64,000 bases of DNA. Source: Octopus vulgaris (Eukaryota). Positions 51,270-64,000 of this stretch are shown one piece after another. Numbering within the stretch: position 1 is the stretch's first letter; the number at the start of each line of letters is the position of its first letter. Under the pieces are notes generated by a model. The model did no database searches. It worked only from the letters and a program-made list of their open reading frames with translations, and was not told where the DNA came from. A program made the position numbers and the translations under genes. The stretch spans positions 32,612,001 to 32,676,000 of the forward strand of contig OX597817.1 in assembly GCA_951406725.2 (NCBI GenBank), given 5' to 3'.

Positions 51270-52020
51270 TATTTGATAAGTCAGAAAGACCTAACTTTTT
51301 TTTTCTTTTTGTAGTTGCAGGTATGGGTGTATGTATGCATGGTTAAGTTTGTTTTGTAACCATATAGTTTTGAGTTTAGTCCCACTGCGTGGCACTTTGG
51401 GCACTGTAGTAGAAGTGTCTTTTACTATAGCTCCAGGCCAACCAATGCTTTGCAACTGAATTTGGTAGATGGAAACTATATTGAAGCCTGTCATATGCAT
51501 CTATTATGTATATAATGTGTTTTTGTATGTCTCCATTATTTGCTTGATAACAAGTGTTGGTTTATTTACAACCCTATGACATAACAGTTCATCAGAAGAG
51601 ACTGATAGAATAAGTACCAGGCTTAAAAAATAATCACTGGGGTCAATTTGTTTGACTAAACTTTTGAAGGTGATGCCCCAGCATGGCCATAGTCCAGTGA
51701 CTGACACAAGTCAAGGGTGAAAAATGTATAAAAAAAGTACTTCGGTTATATTTCAATCTCATATAATATCTTTAGTGAAGTATAAACTTCAGTAAGTGAA
51801 TATGTAAGATATGTTATAAACCATATGATCTTGACATAACTGGAAAACCTAGAATATTGGTTGTGTGATTTGCTTTATATAAGTATTGTTGTAAGTTGAT
51901 TAAATATAAGTTCAATAAATGATGAGATGTATTGCAATAATCTTAAATTTATCAAACCACACAGGTCTAAATTCAATAAACCATGTGCCAGCTTTTCTTT
52001 GTCTTCAAATTATAAATTTG

Positions 52021-52272
52021 CTGTTATGTCTGGGGAGAGTCATTTTCTTTTTGTGCCTTATAACGTAACAGAGTCAAGACTATTGAAGAAGGTTGCAAGA
52101 CGCAACGAAAATTTTAGGAAAATAAAAATAAGAAAAAAAAGTGGAAATTTTACCGGTGAGTGTGTTACATTATAAGGCACAAAAAGAAAATGACTCTCCC
52201 CAGACACAACAGAATATGCTTCAACACACAAACTCATATAAAGAATCTTGCAAACCAAATCCAAAAACAAAA
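52021..52272 (+). mobile_element. PLE-like element with degenerate minimal HHR (52080-52117)
   Basis: 50-bp inverted arms, about 60-bp tail, TSD TATAAATTTG(CT); CTA-TTGAAGA-AG-GTTGC-AAGAC-GCAAC-GAAA-AT-TT-TAG. Confidence 0.7.
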
Positions 52273-52745
52273 TATAAATTTGCTATTTACCATAAACATA
52301 TTTCCTATGATGTAATTTGCATATTCAATTTGACAACAATATTATAAAATAATAGTGTCAGAAATGTTTCTATGAGTAGAAAAACACACCCTCCATCCAT
52401 TATTTTTAATCTTTATTTATATAATCGCAAGATAAAATTAAAATACTTAACTGCTCAGTTCAGATTAGCTAAAAGAAAAATCAATTTATAGGTTACTTGT
52501 TGCATAAAGCAGTCGTTTTCACTACTTCGTGGTTTATGTTGCTTTGAATATTTATGTAAAATGAAAAATAGTCTGGATTTTAGCATTTGTAGTGATAATA
52601 TGGTATTCTGACTTGGTAATTTGCCTGTAAGTAAACCTGATATGTAAATAAAAAGTAAAAATTCAGGACAAAATTAATATTGTCTTATCATAGATAAAAA
52701 GCAGTATTAGAAATAAAACTAAGGGTAGAAACTGAAAGAAACCTG

Positions 52746-52795
<50 letters not shown>

Positions 52796-53278
52796 CTCTC
52801 TCTCTCTCCCCCCTTCTCCCTCTCTCTGTGCTTTTGTGAACAAGTTAATAAATATAAATTTGCTCATAGAAGCACATATATTTACTGATTGTACACAATA
52901 GCTATGTTGACAGTGTCTTTATTTACAATCAGTACGGAGAATGCATGTGAAAATATGGGAAATACAAATTTGCTCACATAAGCATACACTGATATACACA
53001 TACCCACATGTACTTGCATACACACAGCACACACACACATATTTACACACTCATGCACACACATTTGCACCCATTATGTATGCATGCCCATAACGATTTA
53101 CTTTACTCTGCAGAACTAGGTTATATGAAATTTGCAATGTAATAGTTTTCCACATCTTGATCCTGTATCATCTTCTCTGTAACAGTCAGTTGTTATTAGT
53201 TTCCATATCTTTGACTTCATTCTACTAAGGATAACTTTCAAAGCCTACTTGCAACAAAGCCTTTTCTTTTTTTTTTAA

Positions 53279-53492
53279 CCTATTTCTTTACTACCCACAA
53301 GGGGCTAAACACAGAGAGGACAAACAAGAACAGAGAAATGGATTAAGTCGATTATATCGACCCCAGTGTGTAACTGGTACTTGTTTAATTGACCCCGAAA
53401 GGATGAAAGGCAAAGTCGACCTTGGCGGAATTTGAACTCAGAACATCGTGGCAGACGAAATACCGCTAAGCATTTCGCCCAGCGTGCTAATG
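53279..53492 (-). mobile_element. SINE family A
   Basis: Near full length; TSD TTTAACC. Confidence 0.9.
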
Positions 53493-53690
53493 TTTAACCA
53501 AGCTTTCATCATGCAATCTCAGCACATGATGAAACCAGTTCGGCTGTCTTTTCTACACCACATATCTGCTCAAGCATTTGATGTCTAGTTATTTCTTTAG
53601 TTCACTTATGCTCTTCAAATGTTAACATTGCACATTTATTGAATCATAACTTATTCTCCGGCATAAAAAACATCATGTATAAGTACATAT

Positions 53691-53750
<60 letters not shown>

Positions 53751-54858
53751 CTATGCATTCACCTGTACTTACATATACTATGAAAAGGACACCTTCATTC
53801 TAATATGAATATCAACATGTATATCATAGAATCGTGTAGAGTTTCTTGGCAAAATTCCTCCATGAACTTTATCTTAATGTTTTTTTAATATATGGCTGGG
53901 TTATTTTAAAAAAAAGTTGTGTATGGTTTTTGCATTTACAAGATAGATAATTTAGATATCCTACACCAGAAAAAAAGAAAGGATTATTTTTATTGCATTA
54001 CATTTATATCTATAGCTACACATGTATTTTTACAATATCCGGTTGGCAAATTTAAAAAATCTATTCATATCTCTTTGGCAACACTTTTTAAAGAATAGTC
54101 TGTGTATCTGCATCAACATTCATTTGCTTAATGCTTCAGCCTATGTATATATAACATACGTAAATCACACACACATGTGTGTATATATTATGTGCATCAT
54201 GGTAGGAATAGCTGGGATGATATGTTTTTTTTTTTGTTCTTTTGTATATTTTCCTTATCAATTATAAACCTTAAGCTTTAAATGTTTCTCACATCAAATT
54301 CCATTCATACAGGTATAGAACCATTAGAAAAGAACGCCAAAGCAGTTTAATTAGCTCTGTTTACTGAACCAAACAGCAGGGCTGTAAATCAACTCTTTTA
54401 TTAGCTTGTAGAGCAGCATTCATATTCTTCTGTTGGTTTTGAGAAGATAAGAAAAGGACACCCCATGACTCATCTCAGTCAACCTTGTTATTGGATTTGG
54501 TTCTGATAACAGGCAGTATGTAATGGTTTGGGTGCAGCTGTTTCGTGTTGAATGCACCATGCATAGGTATTTTAGCACCAAATAGATATTTTATTTACTA
54601 CATAGAAATCTCTTACCTATCAGTAATAACAGAGACAACATTGTTGGTTGTATCAGGCAGCAGATATCTAGTTTGTTCTAGATTCTTATTTTTGTAGTTT
54701 TTTTGAGCAAGACATCTATTTCTATAGACACCTACAATGTTTGAAATTCCAATTTTCTTCCTAATTTGTATTTTTTGTTTGTCATATTTTAGTGATTGCA
54801 GCATGGTAGACATAACTTAGCCATTCTGAAACACACAAAGACCATCAACTTCACTTAA

Positions 54859-55078
54859 CCCTTTTGTTACCAACCTGGCTGAAACCGGCTCTGGCTCTGA
54901 GTACAAATGTCTTGCTTTCATAAGTTTTGAATTGAAATCTTCCACCAAACCTTAGTCACAATTTATGTTCCTAACACTAGCTTAATGATAACTAAGTTAT
55001 TGCACTAAATTCTTTGTTATATTTAAAGTAATTGAAAGAAACACAGAGCATCTCAAAATAAGTACAGTAACAAAAGGG
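54859..55078. mobile_element. piggyBac-type MITE
   Basis: TTAA TSD; homologous to 23710-23929. Confidence 0.85.
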
Positions 55079-55714
55079 TTAAACAGTTATTTGTAAAAAT
55101 GCGGCAGAATTTTTTGTAAGCGAACAGGTTGCAGTTTCAAGTGATGATGAAAATTTTGACACTGTATTACAAATAAATGTATAAGTGTAGTTGACAGTCT
55201 TTGTGTGTTTCTGAATGGCTAACTTATGTCCACCACACTGCAGTCACTTTAGTTTCAGCACATGATTTCAGATCAAAATGCTTGTTATGCAAGTACATCT
55301 TTGTTATATACTAAATCTGTTTTTAGTTTTAAACTTTTTTTAAAAAATTTTATATTTCAGTTATTTTTGGGGTCAACTGCATTTCAATGAAATCTCAAAA
55401 TGATGGTCTGCCACTCTATGATGAACTTTGCGACAATAACAACAGTTCCAGATACTTTGTGGATGATTTTGGATTAATAATTACTAACAGCTTTATGACA
55501 TCCCCCAACTAAATAATTGATTACTAGAATTCCTTGTCAAAAAGGACACTTAGCAAATTTGAATCATGGCTTTGTATGGAAATTACCATTTTACAGTATG
55601 TCTACAAAAGCCACCAGAAAGAAGGACTCAGAAGGTAAAAATTTTTTTTGATGAAAAATATTTGTTTTTGCTTATTTTTCTGAGTAATTTTTTACTCATC
55701 TATCTATTCTTTTA

Positions 55715-55911
55715 TTCTTTTATTTGTTTGTCATTTGACTGTGGTCATGCTAGAGCACCGCCTTTAGTCGAACAAATCGACCCCAGTACTTATTCTTTGT
55801 AAGCCTAGTACTTATTCTATCGGTCTCTTTTGCCGAACCACCAAGTTGCGGAGACGTGAATAGACCAACATCGGTTGTCAAGCAATGGTGTGGGGACAGA
55901 CACACAAACAT

Positions 55912-55942
<31 letters not shown>

Positions 55943-56094
55943 CGACAGGCTTCTTTCAGTTTCTGTCTACCAAATCCACTCACAAGGCTTTGGTCGGCCC
56001 AAGGCTATAGTTGAAGACTCTTGCCCAAGGTGCCATGCAGTGGGACCGAACCTGGAACCATGTGGTTGGTAAGGGAGCTACCTACCACACAGCC
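55715..56094 (-). mobile_element. SINE family B
   Basis: Full-length match to family. Confidence 0.9.
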
Positions 56095-56767
56095 GTTTTT
56101 CAAATCAAATTTTTAGATCTTTGTTATTTATTTCTTATATTGTAAATATAATGCACATTCATATAGGTGAATACACTTCTGAGCTCAGTTGTATGATCAT
56201 GACACAAGCTGAAATGTAGGAAAAACTTTTTTTCCAATATCGTTATTTGCATGGATATATATTTTCAGTTTTAAAAGTCACTTGATATGAATATAAACAA
56301 GCGTCTATGGTATGATTGTTCTAATTATAGATTTGGTTAGGGTTACAGTGACCATAAGCTAGCAATACTGACATATGTCAGAAAACTGAACAGTTTAATC
56401 AATTGATGAAAATTAATGAATTTTGGTGAACACAATGGTCAGAAACTGAGAGACATGCAGTTATATTTGAAATCTTCTGGTCCAGAATTAAATCTTATAC
56501 TTGACAGTTAAGCAAACATATACGTATATTTACATTGTTAGTCGTGTTGGCATATATAGAAAATTATTTTAACCACTTGTTGATGGTATTGATTTACTTT
56601 CATCTTGCGTCTTGTGTAGGCTGTAGGATTATTTTAGAATACCATGAAGACAAAGCTAAAACTGCGTTGGCAATATGTTTTGTGTTGGTTGAGTCATCAT
56701 TGTCAAATGTAAGACAAATGATTTATCAACTTTGTCTACATATACAGACATACATTACATGTGTGTG

Positions 56768-56809
<42 letters not shown>

Positions 56810-56815
<6 letters not shown>

Positions 56816-57310
56816 AAATAGATGAACATCAATGGAATTTGTATCTTTGTGGTACCAGTGCTGGTGGCACGTGGCACACAAGAAAACCATACGAACGTGG
56901 CCGTAGCCAGTACCGCATCGACTGGCCTCCGTGCTGTGGGCACGTAACAAACACCATCCGATCGTGGCCGTTTGCCAGCCTCATCTGGCACCTGTGTCGG
57001 TGGCACATAAAAACACCATCCGAGCGTGGCCGTCTGCCAGCCTCGTCTGGCACCTGTGTCGGTGGCACATATAAAACACCATCCGAGCGTGGCCGTTTGC
57101 CAGCCTCGTCTGGCACCTGTGTCGGTGGCACATAAAATCACCCACTACACTCTCGGAGTGGTTGGCGTTAGGAAGGGCATCCAGCTGTAGAAACACTGCC
57201 AGATCTGACTGGACTGGTGCAGCTTTCGGGCTCCCCAGACCCCAGTTGAACCGTCCAACCCATGCTAGCATGGAAAGCGGACGTTAAATGATAAATGATG
57301 ATGATGATGA
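56810..57310 (+). mobile_element. Retroposon family D
   Basis: About 60-bp tandem units, core and (GAT)n tail. Confidence 0.85.
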
Positions 57311-57344
57311 TATATAGATATATATATATATATATATATATATA

Positions 57345-57924
57345 ATAACAAAGGGTAAAATTAATTAATTAAGAAGTAATCAATAATTTCACCAAGTAGA
57401 ATTCGGTATGAAAGAAGGACCATTTCACGGTAAACTTAAGTAATACTTATTAAAAAGGGTTCAGCAAAGATTTGCTTTACCACATACCGAAGTTTAGAAA
57501 TAGCAGCCAAAAAATCTTAGCTATTTCTTCTACTTTAAAAAGGGACTCCTAGAGAAATAAAATACTTGAAAATAATTCACACAGGCAGAGAGTAAAGCAA
57601 CGAAAATCAATCAATATCTGGTCATCCATGGATGCGTGTTTCGGAATTAGGTTGGTATAAAGAATATAGAATTATACTTTACCAACCATTTTCCTCATCA
57701 GCATGGCATTCCTCAATAATTCGAGGGTACTGGAATAATTGAATATATCTCTCCACCTAACGGTATCAGACAGATCATATTCTGCCTGTGTGAATTATTT
57801 TCAAGTATTTTGGTTTCTCTAGGAGTCCCTTTTTAAAGTAGAAGAAATTGCTAAGATTTTTTGGCTGCTATTTTTAAACTTCGGTATGTGGTAAAGCAAA
57901 TCTTTGCTGAACCCTTTTTAATAA

Positions 57925-57928
<4 letters not shown>
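57345..57928 (-). mobile_element. PLE-like element in (TA)n
   Basis: About 147-bp inverted arms (57443-57589 / 57781-57928), about 100-bp tail, HHR in the spacer. Confidence 0.85.
57626..57706 (-). ncRNA. Type I hammerhead ribozyme motif
   Basis: CCATG-CTGATGA-GGAA..GGTTGGTA...TACCAACC..TTCC-GAAA-CACGCA-TC-CATGG; stem III is probably CpG-decayed CGCGCG. Confidence 0.85.
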
Positions 57929-57989
<61 letters not shown>

Positions 57990-57992
<3 letters not shown>

Positions 57993-58413
57993 ATCGAAAT
58001 CGATCAATGGAAATTGCAGATGTGTTACCAGTGCCGGTGGCATGTAAGAGAACCATCCGTTCGTGACCGTTGCCAGCGCCGCCCCAACTGGCCTATTGCC
58101 GGTGGCACGTAAAAAGCACCATCCGTTCGTGTCCGTTGCCAGCCTCGCCTGGCCCCCGTGCCGGTGGCACATAAAAAGCACCATCCGTTCATGGCCATTT
58201 GCCAGCTCTGTCTGGCACCTGTGCGGGTGGCACGTAAAAAGCACCCACTACACTCACGGAATGGTTGGCGTTAGGAAGGGCATCCAGCCGTAGAAATACT
58301 GCCAGATCTGACTGGGCCTGATGAAGCCTTCCGGCTTCACAGACCCCAGTTGAACTGTCCAACCCATGCTAGCATGGAAAACGGACGCTAAACGATGATG
58401 ATGATGATGATGA
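57990..58413 (+). mobile_element. Retroposon family D
   Basis: Same repeats, core and tail; an older copy lies at 58965-59235. Confidence 0.85.
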
Positions 58414-58692
58414 TATATATATATAAGCTTGAATGTCTCAGTGTAGGCTTGGATTCTGTTTACTGAATGCATTTTTCCATGGCACCAACAATAGTAATGT
58501 CACCTTGTAGGAGGAAGATAGATCCCGTATATATTCATATATTTTTGTGTATGTGTTTTCCTTATTTTTTTAGTTGAAATTAAAAGGTTTTTTTCATTTG
58601 AAATTCCTCTTTGGATTTTCTTCAAACACTGGAGCATGATTAGAAAAGGGAAAAATAAAGAACTTTCTTAAGACCTGGGTTTTAAAAGATAT

Positions 58693-58922
58693 ATCTATTT
58701 CTTTATTGCCCACAAGGGGCTAGACATAGAGGGGACAAACAAGGACAGACAAAGGGATTAAGTCGATTACATCGACCCCAGTGCGTAACTGGTACTTTAT
58801 TTATCGACCCCGAAAGGATGAAAGGCAAAGTCGACCTCGGCGGAATTTGAACTCACAACGTAACAACAGACGAAATACGGCTATGCATTTCGCCCGGCGT
58901 GCTAACGTTTCTGCCAGCTCGC
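58693..58922 (-). mobile_element. SINE family A (young)
   Basis: CpGs retained; TSD AAAGATATATCT. Confidence 0.9.
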
Positions 58923-59498
58923 AGAAAGATATATCTGTCTATTAAGTTTATAATATATTTAGATTAAAATGGAAAAGATTTCATGGCATATAAAAAGCAC
59001 TATTCGAGCGTGGTCAATGCCAGTTCCACCTGACTGGCACCCTTGCCAGTGGCAGGTAAAAAGCACCCTTTACACTCTGAGGGTGGTTGGCGTTAGGAAG
59101 GTCATCCAGCTGTAGAAACCTTGCCAGAACAGATTGGAGCCTGGTACTGCCTCCTAGCTTGCCAGTCCTCAGTCAAACTGTCCAACTCATGCCGGCACGG
59201 AACGTGGACGTTGAAAGATGATGATGGTGATGATATGAAAAAGTTCTTTCTATAATACTTATGAGTTTGCAAAACAGGAAACTAGGCATCGTGACAAGCA
59301 GAAAGAGGAGATATTTAGCCTTGAATACCATATGTGAGTTTAGATGATGCTGTTTCTGATATTGATGTGGTATAAATTAGGTTTGACCCCACCTTAATAT
59401 CTACTTTGCATATTTGCCAGAAGTTTTAAATAGAAAGAATATGTTAAATTAATTTTTCTCAAATTCAAATTCTTAATCTACTAAAATATCAACAAGTA

Positions 59499-59910
59499 GG
59501 CGCAGGAGTGGCTGTGTGGTAAGTAGCTTACTTGCCAACCACATGGTTCTGGGTTCAGTCTCACTGCATGGCACCTTGGGCAAGTGTCTTTTACTATAGC
59601 CTCGGGCCGACCAAAGTCTTGTGAGTGGATTTGACAGATGGAAACTGAAAGAAGCCCATTGTATATATGTATATAAATATATGTGTGTGTGTATATGTTT
59701 GTGTGTACGTGTTTGTCCCTCCAACCGATGCGGGTGTGTTTATGTCCCTGCAACTTAGCAGTTCGGCAAAAGAGACCGATAAAATAAGTACTAGGCTTAC
59801 AAAGAATAAGTCCTGGGGTTGATTTGCTCGACTAAAGGCGGTGCTCCAGCATGGCCACAGTCAAATGACTGAAACAAATAAATGAGTAAAAGAGAGAGTA
59901 AGAGTAAGTA
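59499..59910 (+). mobile_element. SINE family B
   Basis: Full-length. Confidence 0.9.
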
Positions 59911-60374
59911 TTGATCTTTCTTATATATTGAACACAGCTTACCGTGATAATTTGAAACTTTTATGAAGTTATTTAAGGGAGAAAGGTGAAAGAGAGGCCA
60001 TGACCATTGCAAACTCTCCCAGAGTTGTGAGATTGATGTGGGTCATTATTGGTTGAAAAATCGTTGGTGGAGTGGGGGTGACTCTGAAAAGCATCCAAGT
60101 AACAGGTGGTTGTATAAAACTGGTTGAAATGTGAAGCTTACCATTTGAAAAAGAGAAAAAAAAAAGAAAAGAAAAATGTGGCTGGGGATCTGTTATTGTG
60201 ATGTCAGCATTAACATGTTTCTGCTTAAAGACTCTTGAGAACTGCATGTTTGTCAGAACAAGGTTGGCGTTCAGGGAATCATATGGTTTATTTCAGTGGT
60301 TCTTAGCTATTTTTCTTACCTATGGACCACTTTGATTATTGAGAACTGCATGTTCAGGGAATCACGGTTTATTT

Positions 60375-61186
60375 CAGTGGTTCTTAACCATTTTTCTTAC
60401 CTATGGACCACTTTGATTATTATTTTACTCTGGTGGACCCCCATGGCCATTTGATGTTTAACCCTTTAGTGTTTAAACCGGCTGTATCTGGCCCAAATAT
60501 TCTTCTCATTTTATGCTCAAACTGACCAGAACCAGTATCTCACACCTACTCTGCAGTGTCATTCTAAAAATAAGCAATTACCTCTTTTTTGTATCTTGAA
60601 GCTACAAAATAATATCAGATAAATTTTTTTAAATGTAAATAAATAAGGATTATTTTTGCTAAATTAATATGAATTCTAAAGGGTTAAAAACTAGTTTTAT
60701 AGATACTTCTTTCCAAATTCCTATTTTGCTTTTCACACATTAACTTGCGTTGATTGAACTAAGTAAATTTTAAAGAAAGAAATGTAGCTGTTTCTTACAA
60801 TATATACATCTAAAGCAGTGGTTCCCAATGTGGGCATTATTGCCTCCCTGGGGGCAGTGGAAAGTTCCAAGGTGGCATTGAAGAAAAGTGGGGCGGTAAT
60901 GAGGTAGTGATTCATGTAAAAACAACCAAAATAATTTTTTCTTTAGGTTAAGTTTTATTTGAAACATACAGTTGCTTTGAATTTGCTTTAGAAAGAGGTC
61001 TATGTTTGTGATGGTTAGTTGGGGTGGGAGTACTAAGAATGTGGCGTAGGTGTCAAGGTGGTGGCAGCATGAAAAAGTTTGGGAATCACTGATCTAAAGC
61101 AACATTTTTTATGGATCCCTAAAATTCTACTGTGGGTGCCAAATTTACTGTTTTGCTTGCATGGCCTCCTGTTGAAAACCTCACTG
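60375..61186. mobile_element. hAT MITE containing a piggyBac MITE (60462-60683) and a second hAT MITE (60816-61091)
   Basis: TSDs GTTTA(T/C)TT, TTAA and ATCTAAAG; TIRs CAGTG, CCCTTTAG and CAGTG.TTCCCAA. Confidence 0.8.
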
Positions 61187-62409
61187 GTTTACTTGATAGC
61201 TCATAATTGGCATGCTCATAATAGAACAGCTGTTCTATATTTTCTTTGTAATACTGAGATTCATCACTGTTTACCAAACATTACATTGAGGTACAAATGA
61301 AATTACTCATTTCTTGTGTCACTGGTTTATGTAGTATTCATATGTTTTACTGAGATGGGTTGCTAGTCTAATGCCTAGACTTCATTCAGTTGAATTCAGC
61401 TTTTTTAAGCCTATTAAACAGTCGTTAATTGTTCTACTACTGCTCCTGCTTGCAGCAATGAATATATGCTTACTTATAGCTTGATCAAGTGGACTGTTGA
61501 GAATTCTGTGTCATGGTCATGGACATAACACCACACAGGTGCATACAATGTTCACCTGATCATCCCTGATTATATCATAGAAGAACTGAGACAGTGATGA
61601 ATGACATGCATTTCTAAATTTATTGTAAAGTTCTCAATTATCTGTTCTTCTTGTAAAGGGCCTATAATATTACTAGAAAAAATAGAATAACTACACAGCA
61701 GTGAATTTAAGAAGTATGATTATTTATTAAATCTTTAGCCACCTTGAGCATAATCCTATGAACCCAGAAAAATTTAAAACAGAGTTACTTGCAAATAAAT
61801 GTGTTAACATGTGACATTATTGACCAAGGTTACTGTGGTCTTTTCCGTAGGCTTTTTTCTCCACGGATAAACCTTATCTGCTTCCCCCTTTACACTTTAC
61901 ATCATGGCATTTCTGTGATACACGATCCCTATTGATCGTTCTTTTTCTCTCTCTTTTTACGATCCCTTTTGATCGAAAACCTACCCCCCCCCTTTTTATT
62001 TTTTATTTATATTTTTCTTTTCTTTTTTTTTTTTGTTTTCAAAAAGAAAAGCCCTACTTTGTAATTTGTCCCCTCTGTGTTCAGCTCTGTGTGGCTAATA
62101 AAGAAACATAAATCTTTCGATATGTTTGAACCATAATTTATTGCTACTGATTGCAAATGTTTAGTTTTTTTTTCAATGTAATGCACAACTTTGGTATAGA
62201 GTAGTTTGGGTGAAGCATTGGATGATATTAAATAAAAATAAAAAACTTGTTAAGGCCAAAATAATGTGAAATTTAACACGAAAGTGAAGATTGAACAACA
62301 TGAAGTTATACCTTGTATTTCTTTATCAAAGAAATATGAAGAAATACAAAGTAAAACTACAGCTTTATTAGTGATATTGAAAGACAAGACATATCCATAT
62401 ACACATATA

Positions 62410-62571
62410 GGCGCATAGTGGCTGTGTGGTAAGTAACTTGCTTACCAACCACATGGTTCCAGGTTCAGTCCCACTGCATGGCACTTTGGGCAAATGTCTT
62501 CTACTGTAGCCTTGGGCTGACCAAAGCCTTGTGAGTGGATTTAGTAGATGGAAACTGAAAGAAGCCTGTCG

Positions 62572-62634
<63 letters not shown>

Positions 62635-63222
62635 ATGTGTTTGTATGTCTGTGTCTGTTCCCTCAACATCACTTGACAACCGATGCTGGTGTGTTTATGT
62701 CCCTGTAACTTAGCGGTTCGGCAAAAGAGACTGATAGAATACGTACTAGGCTTACAAAGAATAAAATATAATGTGAATATATGTGTTGCCAGATTTGATT
62801 GAATTTTTTGGTATTTAATTACTTTTACTCTTTTACTTGTTTCAGTCATTTTGACTGCGGCCATGCTAGAGCACCGCCTTTAGTCGAGCAACTCGACCCC
62901 GGGACTTATTCTTTGTAAGCCCAGTACTTATTCTATCGGTATCTTTTGCCGAACCGCTAAGTGACGGGGACATAAACGCTCCAGCATTGGTTGTCAAGCA
63001 ATGCTTGGGGGACAAACACAGACACATATACATGCACACACACACATATATATACATATATACAGCGGGCTTCTTTCAGTTTCCGTCTACCAAATCCACT
63101 CACAAGGCTTTGGTCGGCCCGAGGCTATATTAGAAGACACTTGCCCAAGGTGCCATGCAGTAGGCCTGAACCAGGAACCATGTTGTTGGTAAGCAAGCTA
63201 CTTACCACACAGCCACTCCTGC
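62410..63222. mobile_element. Inverted (tail-to-tail) pair of family B SINEs
   Basis: 62410-62762 on plus and 62822-63222 on minus. Confidence 0.9.
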
Positions 63223-64000
63223 ATCTTTTTATGTTTTGACTTCAAATCATGCATTTCATCCTTCTGAGTGAATTAAATTGGTACCATGTGTTATACAAGA
63301 ATCAATCCACTTGGCTGTTTCTTCCCACATTTTCTGATTTTACGTCTATTTTACAAATCAATATTTAAGTATTTGCGTCACAGTTGTTATTTTAAAATAT
63401 TTATATTTTTTTTATTGAACAAAAAAATAATGATATATATATATATTTAGTTGCTAATTCAAACCATGATCTCCTATGGCATGACAATAATGGACTTAAT
63501 ACTTAGCTGCAATCAACCCACCCAACTTCTGATATATTCTACTTCTATTTCTGTTCAGTATATATACTGGTTGCTTGTCTAGCATATAATGGTTGCCAGG
63601 CCATTTTGCTGTCCAGTTTGTGTATAAAAATAAATATAGCTTTCACATTATTTTATAGTTAATCTACATTACCTTGTGTTGAAGTATGATGTATCTTCAA
63701 GCCTCTTTATAAGATAGTACAGAGGTAATTTTTATTTGTGGAGATTAATCAAAATGTAAAAATGATATGTTTTACATATGTATAATTATTCTACAATAAT
63801 TCTTGGGAGGATTTTGTGTATATTTTATCTGTAGAATTGTTTTTCAATTATGTTTGTTTAAACATTATATTGCAATATAAAAGTTGATTGAAAGCTAACT
63901 ATATTTTCTTTAAAAAGTACAGGAATAAATTTGAAATCAATGACTAAAATAGGTTTGTTTTGATTTTGTGGATAAATATTTATTATATTTGGTAATTAGT

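Noticed and set aside
56890-57140. CRISPR-like periodic repeats
   Set aside because: Whole ~60-bp units repeat with no unique spacers; part of retroposon family D in eukaryotic DNA; no cas genes.

Overview
AT-rich, repeat-dense animal genomic DNA. The SINE families look like those of Octopus or another coleoid cephalopod (recalled similarity, not a database result). No intact protein-coding gene is supported; nearly all track ORFs come from SINEs or microsatellites. The window holds three tRNA-derived SINE families, a (GAT)n-tailed retroposon family, LINE remnants (ORF1-like, CR1/Jockey-type RT, RTE RT), Helitrons, mariner/hAT/piggyBac/Merlin-type MITEs and a retroposed tRNA-Pro. The main signal is a set of short non-coding elements from several families with Penelope-like (PLE) architecture: inverted terminal arm, one-sided 33-100 bp tail, and 10-17 bp TSDs or (TA)n targets. 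Most carry type I hammerhead ribozyme (HHR) motifs, about 13 in total, several with core variants. One element (47581-48013) fuses a Pol III tRNA-like head to an HHR-bearing PLE end, making it a candidate Penelope-mobilised ribozyme SINE. A separate HHR lies 3 nt from a splice donor in an exon-like segment. CpG content falls sharply after about 18-20 kb, suggesting a promoter near 15-17.5 kb and a methylated gene body beyond it.
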